A stretch of DNA of 20,000 nucleotides from Takakia lepidozioides (lineage: Eukaryota; Plantae; Bryophyta). Below are positions 11,180-20,000 of the stretch, piece after piece. A model generated the notes under the pieces. That model had not been told where the DNA came from. It did not search any database and worked only from the letters and a program-made list of their open reading frames with translations. Position numbers and translations under genes: made by a program. Position 1 is the first letter of the stretch. The number at the start of each line of letters is the position of its first letter. The stretch covers positions 1 through 20,000 of the forward strand of contig JAKLZA010000174.1 of assembly GCA_030704615.1 (NCBI GenBank), in the 5' to 3' direction.

Positions 11180-11450
11180 TGATAAAGAAGAAGAATACAA
11201 GCACTGCAGCTCAGTTGAAGCATAAACTCATGCATATATAACCTCATCACTCAAATACAAGTCAAGCCAAGTGCACCCCACGCCATGGGGAATCCACACT
11301 ACGCGCCATAGCTAGGCGCGGTGAGGCTCAACTCGAGAAAGATGAGCGCGCTTGCCGTGAAGATAACCACTCCAGGGCCTAAATCTGCCTTGACCCCTGG
11401 ATTGACACTTGGGCCAATCCAAATGTCAATATGTAAAAGCTAGCTATTTC
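11180..11450 (-). repeat. Truncated 5' LTR (lacks the U3-start portion)
   Basis: Matches 479 to about 761. Similarity stops after ...gctagctatttc. Confidence 0.88.
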
Positions 11451-11992
11451 GTGGAAGTGGCCTGTTCGGACTGGATCATGTCACCCCAGGAGCACCATGC
11501 CCAAGAGCAACCGGCAATCCCGTGTGAACTTACACACCGGGGGCTGCTATTTCATGAGCCAGAGCGAGCATGAGCCATGAGCAGAGTCGTAAGTGTGGAA
11601 AAAAACATGAGCAGCACTATTTTCCGGAAATGAGTGTCCGCGGGAATAGGGTTTAGGGTGCCACGGTCATAGGGGGAGAAGGACCTCCCGATGAAGGAGG
11701 TTCGGCAATGTTATTTAGAATTATATATTGAAAGGCAATGTTTCGCGAATGGTAGGGTGGTACTGCTCTGTACAATGGGGGCCCATTTCAGCCTACCAGC
11801 CATTGCAAAATCCACCCACACTCCCAATCCCAAACGAAATGAGCAATGACGCATTCTCGGAACGATGGACACAGAATAGAATAAAAAGAGGGCACAATGA
11901 GGTTTTTTGATCCACATGAATTGCATTTTGAAGCACGTCTACTGTGCTGATTGTGCCATCAAATCTTGAGCCCTGTGCCTACTGAATACAAG

Positions 11993-12600
11993 TCACGTTG
12001 TCAATGGGACTTCGACTGCTCTCAGAACTAGCTCATGAGTCATGGGGCTCCTCCATGTAAAGTCGATTGCAGCCGTTGTACCGCCCCTAGTGATGTTCAC
12101 CACAATGTCCTGCCCTTCAATCATACCACCATCGAATATGGAAATCTTCACGTTTTCGTCGTCCACACCAATGCGAATGTCCCCATACAATGGAGAAGAG
12201 GAGCGCACTCCTCAGGAGAATAGGTCTCTCCGATGGAGTCCACCCACGTCCAGTGGCAGCAGTTCCACCGCAACAGCATAGCAGTGCGCCTTCTTCTGCA
12301 TGGGTGACCGTCGTAGCTGGGAAAATCGGAATCGAGGATGCGCAGGAGCCACGGACTCCTCAGACCAAGATCGTCACCCCGCTCGAAGGCGTAGTGGCCT
12401 ACGATATACTCAAAAGCCACCAATGTTTCCACAATCGAACCAGTATCTTCTCTGTAATCTGTGTACCAGATAACAATGTCTCCCGATGTGGCCGAATACA
12501 TTGCATAATCGATGCCTCCAAATGGGCAGTCGTCCCGGTTCCGGAAGCACGGCATCCTTGCAAAGGAGGACCTGAGGACGACTTGGATGCCGATGACCCT
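11993..12600 (-). pseudogene. Hypothetical protein, paralog of 12982-13671 (frameshift near 12210)
   Basis: ORFs 12148-12555 and 11993-12208 join into a protein that aligns with the plus-strand 229-aa ORF (DYAM, SGDI, FERG, RWNCC, YGDIR, DGGxIxGxDIVV, ELVLR). Confidence 0.8.
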
Positions 12601-12981
12601 TGCGGACAGCTACGAAGCCCTTAGATTTTGGAAATGATGCGAAGCGGAAGAGCAGTCCGGCCTCCAATAATGGAGCATCTGGGTCCCACGTACCCACCGA
12701 CGGAGGTGAACGTGTTCATCACGCCAGCGGTGGATGAACCCATACATCTTTCTCATCAACAAGTTATAGTTTGAGATCTGCCACCGAAGTCCATCCCCCC
12801 GGATGGAAATTCGGCGCCGCATTTACATCGAAGAGGGGATGGACTTCGTCGTGTCCAGTGGCTATCGGCCCACCTGGCAGTGACTGCCCATAGTTTGCAT
12901 GGCAGGGTAGGAAACTGAAACGGCTACATTCATGCAGCAGCCAATCTTCATCGGTCCAGGATCCTGTAGGGGGAAATTTAA

Positions 12982-13671
12982 ATGTGCCCTGGAGTGTTTG
13001 TGAGGAATTGCAGCGTTAGCTTGAACTTTTTCCAGCCACCGCGCTTCCTCCTCCATCCGGGAGCTGCTGTCATTGAGCGTACTCCGCTACTCTTTTTCAA
13101 GGATGCCCGCCGAAATCCAGCCGACTGCCCTTATCATGGCCACGATTATGCTATGTTCAAACCAGAATCAGGAGACATCATTGTCTGGCTCTCTGTTTTC
13201 ACAGACGCTGCTGGAATCAAGCAAGAGTCTTTGCGCGCAATGGAGTATCTGGAGGGCTATTACCGCTTTGAGCGAGGTGAGGGCGAGGGTCAATGCGGTC
13301 CGTGGGTCCTGAAAATTGTTGACCTCGATATACCAAGCTGGAAAGGGATGCCGGACAGATCACGCACGGCCTCGCTTTGGCGCTGGAACTGCTGCCAGTG
13401 GACCAGGGAGGACGGCACCGGGGAAAACTATATACGTGCAGATCACTTTCCAGTGTATGGAGACATTCGGCTGAGTTGCGAAGACGAATCGCACGGGCAC
13501 ATGAGGCCCACAGTGACCTTGTCAATGTATGATGGTGGTATCATTGATGGACATGACATTGTCGTCGGCTCCAGCAAGGGCAGCAGAACGACCGAATTGC
13601 AGTTTACCTCGAGGTGCCGCAGCAGTGATGAGCTTGTTTTGAGGGGTATCGAAGTTCCGTCGACTTGGTGA
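12982..13671 (+). CDS. Hypothetical protein (229 aa), family not recognised
   Basis: Uninterrupted ORF. Amino-acid conservation with the divergent paralog (37/80 identities in one ungapped block, counted by hand) supports coding. AATAAA at 13741. Start codon uncertain. Confidence 0.8.
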   Translation: MCPGVFVRNCSVSLNFFQPPRFLLHPGAAVIERTPLLFFKDARRNPADCPYHGHDYAMFKPESGDIIVWLSVFTDAAGIKQESLRAMEYLEGYYRFERGEGEGQCGPWVLKIVDLDIPSWKGMPDRSRTASLWRWNCCQWTREDGTGENYIRADHFPVYGDIRLSCEDESHGHMRPTVTLSMYDGGIIDGHDIVVGSSKGSRTTELQFTSRCRSSDELVLRGIEVPSTW

Positions 13672-13842
13672 AGCCCATGTAGAAGGAGGAAGGGCTTAGT
13701 TTTGTCTGCAGTTGGTAAATGTGAGACATCGTGTCCGATCAATAAACCCATCGTACCTCACTTCTGTGGTGTCATGAATGAGTAACCGCATGTGTCAAGA
13801 ATATACCAGAGTAACGCCATGTCGGACATTGAAATTCCATGT

Positions 13843-14540
13843 CGGAAATGCGGTGCCGCATTTTGTCCGCATTTCACAATGGAATGCGGTGCATCATTTC
13901 CGTCCAGGTACACGAAATACCAACGGGTCTATAAATTGACAGAAACGAGGTTGGCATTGCAAATGCGGCGACGCATTTCCAGCTTGGCAATGGAAACTTC
14001 TTTTTGGACAAGGGAATGCGGTGCCGCATTTCCGTCCAACACTTCGAAAAGTGTGACATTTCCGACCAGCGCGATGGAATGCGTTACCGCATTTCCGTGA
14101 GAGGGTCTGCAAATGGACAAATTGCGATGTCCGTTCTGGAAATGCGGCGCCGCATTTCCATGTCCGTCATCGACTTTTTTTTTACAATGGAATGCGGTGC
14201 CAATTTTTGCTGATGGGCCTGCAGTTCGAACAACGACCATCCCCAATATGGAAATGCGGCACCGCATTTTCAATTCCGCCATCGACCTCCTTGTTCGACC
14301 TCCTTGTTCGACCTCTGTAAGCGTGTGGCATCCATGCAATGAGCGGGAGAGGCCAAAACTGGCGTGTGGACAAAGGAAATTTTGGAAATGCGGCACCGCA
14401 TTTCCAATCAGATTACTTTTTACTATGCCAACATTGAAATGGAAAATTTAGTCCCTCCCCTGTTTTGGAAATGCGGTGCCGCATTTCCAAAAGAGGTTCT
14501 TAGAGTTGCCAAAATTTTGGAAATGCGGTGCCCATTTCTG
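13843..14540. repeat. Palindrome array 1 (about 11 copies of GGAAATGCGGYRCCGCATTTCC)
   Basis: ATGCG cores at 13848, 13884, 13963, 14016, 14079, 14142, 14192, 14254, 14388, 14471 and 14523. Confidence 0.92.
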
Positions 14541-14673
14541 ATTTTGGGAGCGTCGTGGTTTGGGCGATTGTGGCTGGAATGCACACTGGAGAGGGGTCAC
14601 GAATGTCGGGCAGAATTTCCTTTATATACTCTGGAAGAGAATTTACATTTACAGAGACTTCATTAAAATTCTA

Positions 14674-17600
14674 TTAATCTTGAAAATCATCCGAATCCTC
14701 ATCCTGTTCTAGACTGTCCTGCTCCGCCTCCACCCCCTCAGTGCCTTTCTCATCTCCAGCGGACTGCTCGTTGGCCAGGCTTTCGAAAATCCCATCTTCC
14801 CCTTGCGGAACTGTCCATCTCACCTCCGTTGGGTCGTCTTCCTCCCTGTCTGCGTCGCTCTCATCCGCTGAATCACATATGTACTTTCGTACCCGTCTAC
14901 CTGTCTGAGCTGCTGCCAACTCTTTCCTTATCCTTCTGTCCTCCCTAGCCCTCTCCAAAATCTGCTCTACTTTACTGGGATTCTCACTTCTTCTAATCGC
15001 TGTATTTGCGAGTTTAGCTGCATAACTAGGAAGGGAGTAGTCCCTCACCGGGCTCGTCATGAAGTCGGCCCTCGCAAAGAACGGGACATTCTTCCTGGCA
15101 GGAAGTGTAGGCCCTACATGTTTCGACCCGGACCCTGCAATCCTGCACATGACAATCATCAACGAGACTAATGAGAACCACAGTCGGGAAATTCGTTTGA
15201 CAAAATGACCCAGAAGGCTTTGCAAACTTACAATGTTTGCACTCACTCGTATTCCGGGTTCTCCTCCGCATCAATGTCCACTGTGTCTTCCTCGGACTCC
15301 GACGAATCCGAGGAGACTTCCGCTCTGTCGGGAGCCTTAACATTCCGTTGCAGCCCTTCCAGATGGGATCCCCACACGGATGAATCCTCCTCGTAGGCAA
15401 AGAGGTGCCGGTCGGAAAACCGCCCAGCCCACATTGAGGCACCTGTTACAATGCCATCCACACATTACCACATGGCGCTTCAGATGTTGCGAACTACATC
15501 CTAACGAGAATTTGCAGAACAGCATAGATCAAGATTCTGCATACCTGTCCCACAGATGAGGTCGAGCACTGTGCCCTCCACGTCTGTGCATGTCTCCATA
15601 ATTGTCTGAATGAAGGCAGGGCTCCGAGTCCGTGAGTACCGCAGGGGTTCCGTTGAAGTGAGGCTATGAGGGAGAAGTTCCTTGGGAACGTTGTTGAACA
15701 GAACGTCGTAATCGAGGGGTCGCAGTTCGGGTCAACCTTTCCTCCCTCCTTCCGGAAAGCAAAGGTGGAGTTCTCCTTCACAAAGCAGTATGCATCGAAC
15801 TGCTTCGTCTGCATACACAGGGGGAACGATTAGAAACCGAATGCGGCACCGCATTTGAAAACACCCCAAGCAAATGAATGGACGAGTGCCAGTGTCGTAA
15901 TCACCTTCTTCCCTTCCGACCGAAGGCCCAGTGTGTTGATGCACGTCCACTTCTTTTTCAGAATCGGGACGGCGCTCTTGCGGGTCCACTTCGCAATTCC
16001 TGTCTGAGTGTTTTTTCCTCTGCTCGCCAGGACAACCACACAGCCTCTGTCGTCCAACACCATGCGGGCAAGCCCGAATCCTTTCTTCCAAAAGTCCTCC
16101 GAGTACCTGTTCCAAGATGGCAAAGCTTGCAGTCCTTCCACAGGCTCTCCGTCCGGAATATCCAAGATGATCATATCGCAAGACCACTCGGTGGCATTTC
16201 CGCCCCTCCTACAATCCTTGTCTGCACACCCTCTCAAAGAACGAGACCATATTCTGAAATCCTGGGGTGTCGGAAGGCTCTTCGGCAGTCGCCTTCTTCA
16301 GTGCTCTGCCCTTCAGACCCTCCATGGTCTTCATGTATGCCAACTTGGCTGCCCGTCCATCCAAAGCCGCCAAGAAACTCTCATTTACACACTGGACTAC
16401 TGTTTCGGGAGCCACTTTCGGCCTCTTCATTTCCACCGGCTCGAAAGGGTGCCCCCCTGGGGGGTTGAAGAGTGCCTTCTTTGCCGAGCCAGTTCTCGTG
16501 CCTCTCGTGACAACGGTGGGCACAGGGGAGGCAGCCTGCGTTTGGGGGGTGGGCTGGTTGCAAAGTCTCCATCGGAGTCCTCTTCCTCACCCCTCTCCTG
16601 AACAGGCTGTTCTTCTGCTTCTTCGTTTTGGCGGGTGTCACAACAGCTGCTCCTTGCTGGCGAGTCCTCTTCTTCGACCCCTTCTGTTGGGCCTGCACAG
16701 CTGCATCCACCGTCTTTTGTGCCATCTCAGCTGCCTTTCTGGATTCTTCCAGAGCAGCAGATTCCTTTGCCGACTTTGGCCCAGCAGGGACACGTCTTTC
16801 CTTTCTCTTCTCTTCTGCCAAGGCGTGCAGATCTTTCTCAGACTCGTCAACAATACCGCCAGACATGTCCAGGTCATCCAACGAGATGCGCGGGATGCCA
16901 TTGTTTCTGCATCTCGGGTGTGTAGACACAGCTTGGGCCCGCCACGGTCCAAGCCATGAAGAACGGGGGCTCTTGAGCCAGGGCCCCTGTCTGAAGGAGC
17001 ACGTATTTCATATACCTGCAAGGCAGTCAGCATGCGTGAGCAAAGTTGAGACCAACCTACTGCAGAGTGCCACCGAAAAAACATAAAATGCGAATGCGGT
17101 GCCGCATTTCCGACAAACCTCGTAACCAGGCTTCGCATACAAGGGCAGCTGTGCTTCACCTGTAAACAATTCGCATTGCAGCTTTCCCCGCTCCCTCCTG
17201 ATGTGTAAACTCCACGCTCCTTCTTGCTGTCTGTAGCTCTCTGGCGAAAAGGTTGTCCTTGTACGCACATCTGAAACGTGTCACGTAGTCTTCCAATGTC
17301 TGTTCCATCCCATTTGACGTACAAGCCGAACGAATTTGTGTGCATTACGACTTGCTCCTTCGCATTCGACATTACCTGCGATTCCCAAATGCATTGTCAC
17401 GTAGCAGTTCAGGGAATTCATTTCAGAAAAGCAAATCTGGGGAAGTACCTTGAATTACCTGGAACCACCAAGTCATGCGGTTGAGCCACACATCCACTGC
17501 AGGTCGGAAACTTCGAGTGGAAAAGACCACATTGTCCTTATGCTCTCGGATGCATTCCAGATCGACAGCCACCGTGTCTGCCATTTCCGATCCAATGTCA

Positions 17601-17850
17601 GGAGCTGGAAGAGAGTGGCTATTGCTAGGAAGGAACTTCAGTGCATTGAAACCTCACCTTCTCTTTCGCCTCCACACATGCCGTTGAGAGGTGATGCAGT
17701 TTCTCCAATTGCATGGTCGGCTGCATGGCCCGAGAATAGTGTTTTGCAATCTCGGGGATGAAGTCCTTTCCAAGTGCCGGATCTGCAATTGCCACCAGCT
17801 TCACAAGCTTTGACTTGACTTTCCCGTTCGTGCGATCTTCCACAGGCGTT
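14674..17850 (-). CDS. Multi-exon gene with a beta-class N6A/N4C DNA methyltransferase-like domain and an acidic C-terminal tail (several frameshifts; 5' end uncertain)
   Basis: Frame-preserving GT-AG introns at 17159-17016, 15904-15809, 15544-15443 and 15246-15143. Motif IV-like SCDMIILDIPDG (DIPD at 16162-16151), then LARMVLDDRGCVVV, then motif X-I-II RSPAFIQTIMETCTDVEGTVLDLICGT|GASMWAGRFSDRHLFAYEED. Confidence 0.75.
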
Positions 17851-18199
17851 GGTCTCAGCAGAATGCAAATCAGGGAAACGCAAGATGGCGCATCTGCTTC
17901 CTCATTGGCGTCCCTTGCGATCTCTCAAGGTTCGAAAGAAGAACAGTGCGCGATGACTGAGGAGACACGCAACCGGTGATGCTTGGGTTCGAAAGGTTTG
18001 GTGGACTTTGCGTCATTACGAAATTCGAATCGTTCAGGTACGCCTGCCGTCCGAAAAACAAACATCATTATCCAACGGTCCCGCGCCGCCTCATGCCCTT
18101 CAGTCAGATAGAGTGCCGACATGTGCAGCAATTCCGTTGCTCCACGTGTTCACATTTCAAGGCATTTCCGTCCCAGCGTCTGATGAGTTGGAGCGAAAA

Positions 18200-19545
18200 T
18201 GCGAATGCGGCCGCATTTCCGTTAAGTACCATCACGAAGCTACACATCCGTACTTGTTGGAAGAAAATGCGGCACCGCATTTCCGTTCCACCTTCACATA
18301 CCTTAGTTGTTGAACCCATGCTGCGGCGCCGCATTTCCGTTCCGTTTACGCATGGTTTTGTTGCCCGCATTTCCGTCCCCGGGAAATGCGGCGCCGCATT
18401 TCCGCCGAACGGAAATGCGTTTCAGAGGAATTCGGTACCGCATAACGGAAATGCGTGCGTTTCGAAATGCGGTGCCGCATTTCCGGTCTGGAAAGTTGAA
18501 GGTCTCTGGATGGAAATGCGGCACACATTTCCGTCCCACTCCAGGCCTCATATACAAAACGGAAATGCGGCGCCGCATTTCCGTTCTAGAATGTCGGAAG
18601 GTGCGACTCGGACGGAAATGCGGCCGCATTTCTGTTCCGTTGTTCACGATTTTCAGTCAGAACGGAAATGCGGTACGCATTTCCGTTCTGTAGAGTATTA
18701 AGGTCTGACCTGGCGGAAACCGCATTTTCGTTCCACAGCTCCATGCCTCACATACAAAACGGAAATGGGGTACCGCATTTCAGTTCCGATGTTTGACGAT
18801 TTTTCATCAGAACGGAAATGCGGTGCCGCATTTGCGTTCTGGAATGTTGGGAGGTGCGACTCCGATGGAAATGCGCTGCCGCATTTCAGTTCCGATGGTT
18901 CATGATTTTCAGTCAGAACGGAAATGCGGTACCGCATTTCCGTTCTGGATAGTATGAATGTCTCAAGCGGTCGGAATTGCACTCGGCTCCATGCATCAGA
19001 TACAAAATGGAAATGCGTCGCAGCATTTCCGTTCTGGAATGTCGAAAAGTGCGACTCGGACGGAAATGCGGTGCCGCATTTCTGTTCCCGTTGTTCATAA
19101 TTCTCAATCAGAACGGAAATGCGGTACCGCATTTCCGTTCCACCTTCACATACCGTGCTTGCTGGATGGAAATGCGTTACCGCATTTCCGTTCTGGAGGT
19201 CTCACACGGGCGGAAATGCGGTGCCGCATTTCCGTTCTGGAATATCGGAAAGTGCGACTCGGACGGAAATGCGGTACCGCATTTCGGTTCCCTTTGTTCA
19301 TGATTCTCAATCAGAACGGAAATGCGGTACCGCATTTCCGTTCCACCTTCGCATACCGTGCTTGTTGGATGGAAATGCATTACCGCATTTCCGTTCTGGA
19401 GAGTATAAAGGTTTCCCCTGGACGGAAACTCGGTGCCGCATTTCCGTCGCTCTGATGCATGACCAAGATGCAATACGGAAATGCGGCGCCGTATTTCCGT
19501 CCACCAGCAATCGAAAGAATCACTCGGGACGGGAAATCTGGAACC
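18200..19545. repeat. Palindrome array 2 (about 25 copies, 53-bp period, recurring spacer classes)
   Basis: GGAAATG-type starts at 18561, 18614, 18761, 18814, 18867, 18920, 18973, 19009, 19062, 19115, 19168, 19212, 19265, 19318, 19371, 19424 and 19477. Confidence 0.95.
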
Positions 19546-20000
19546 TGAATGAGTTGCATTGTTCCGAAACAACACAATTGCGGCCAGTCTTGATGAGCAC
19601 AACTTGGTTGTCTGACTGTTTTAACTAACAGTACTGGCACTTGTCAGTGCGAACGTTCCTGTCTGCACCGAGAATACTGCTGGATCCACCCTCAGGAGAA
19701 ACTGTCAGGAGATGTTATTTCGTCGCCGAATCGGCCATCATTGTCATACTTACTGGCTATGGAATCACACCTCCCACCTTCATGGATGTAGCTTGAAACA
19801 ATACTTTCCACTTCAATGTGCGACTTCCAATCGTCAATGGACTCCGCATGGTGCCTGTGAGCCTTGGTCTGTCGTTATACTGAACCTCGCAATTGCCAAC
19901 TTCGTGCGGTCTTCGATGGCTCCGAATTCCTACGCTATAGTTTGCTGTCCTCCGCAACTTGGGAGAGCATGGATCCCAAACGAGGGAGGACTTTGCAGAG

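Larger units (their letters stand above)
286..11450 (-). mobile_element. Ty3/gypsy LTR retrotransposon carrying a C5-DNMT and a PHD finger; frameshifted, with permuted LTRs
   Basis: Minus-strand order gag-PR-(DNMT)-RT-RH-IN is the gypsy order. Direct repeats 479-761 ~ 11180-11450 and 286-477 ~ 798-994. PPT and PBS lie at the expected positions. Confidence 0.95.

Noticed and set aside
286-11450. DIRS/Ngaro tyrosine-recombinase retroelement
   Set aside because: The repeat layout is similar, but the element has a protease, a DDE integrase, a PPT and TG...CA LTR ends, and no tyrosine recombinase was seen.
11647-11702. TAGGGTTTAGGG plus an ACCTCC...GGAGGT hairpin as a telomere seed or Helitron end
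   Set aside because: Under two telomere units, and no CTRR terminus at the expected distance from the hairpin.
15878-17086. Long plus-strand ORFs (196, 197, 230 and 152 aa)
   Set aside because: Antisense shadows of the minus-strand exon, which carries the motifs and consistent splice sites.
18200-19545. Bona fide CRISPR array
   Set aside because: Spacers recur in a few classes instead of being unique, no cas genes are visible, the context is eukaryotic with introns, and the repeat is a full palindrome also found singly in introns.
17976-19640. Overlapping ORFs with EMRxRIS / KCGAAFP / GNAAPHF repeats (also at 13792-14666)
   Set aside because: These are translations of the stop-free palindrome, open in several frames on both strands.
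19630-20000. Possible 3' end of another minus-strand gene
   Set aside because: Only short open stretches with no recognisable motif, truncated by the window edge.

Overview
Eukaryotic DNA, most likely from a non-seed plant or streptophyte alga (inferred from the retroelement type, short GT-AG introns and AAACCCTA motifs), in two parts. (1) About 286-11450 is a minus-strand Ty3/gypsy LTR retrotransposon with many frameshifts. Its domain order is gag (two Zn knuckles) - aspartic protease - DNMT3-like C5 cytosine methyltransferase - RT - RNase H - DDE integrase - PHD finger. Its primer-binding site is complementary to its own LTR (Tf1-like self-priming). Its LTRs are circularly permuted, as expected for an integrated 2-LTR circle. 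(2) About 11600-20000 is CpG-rich and holds a head-to-head pair of paralogous genes of unknown function plus a spliced minus-strand gene encoding a beta-class N6-adenine/N4-cytosine DNA methyltransferase-like domain. That gene is bracketed by two arrays of a 22-bp palindrome (GGAAATGCGG-YR-CCGCATTTCC), the larger one with a 53-bp period, and single copies lie in its introns. All calls come from manual motif reading without database searches. Many 1-nt frameshifts could be sequencing errors rather than decay.
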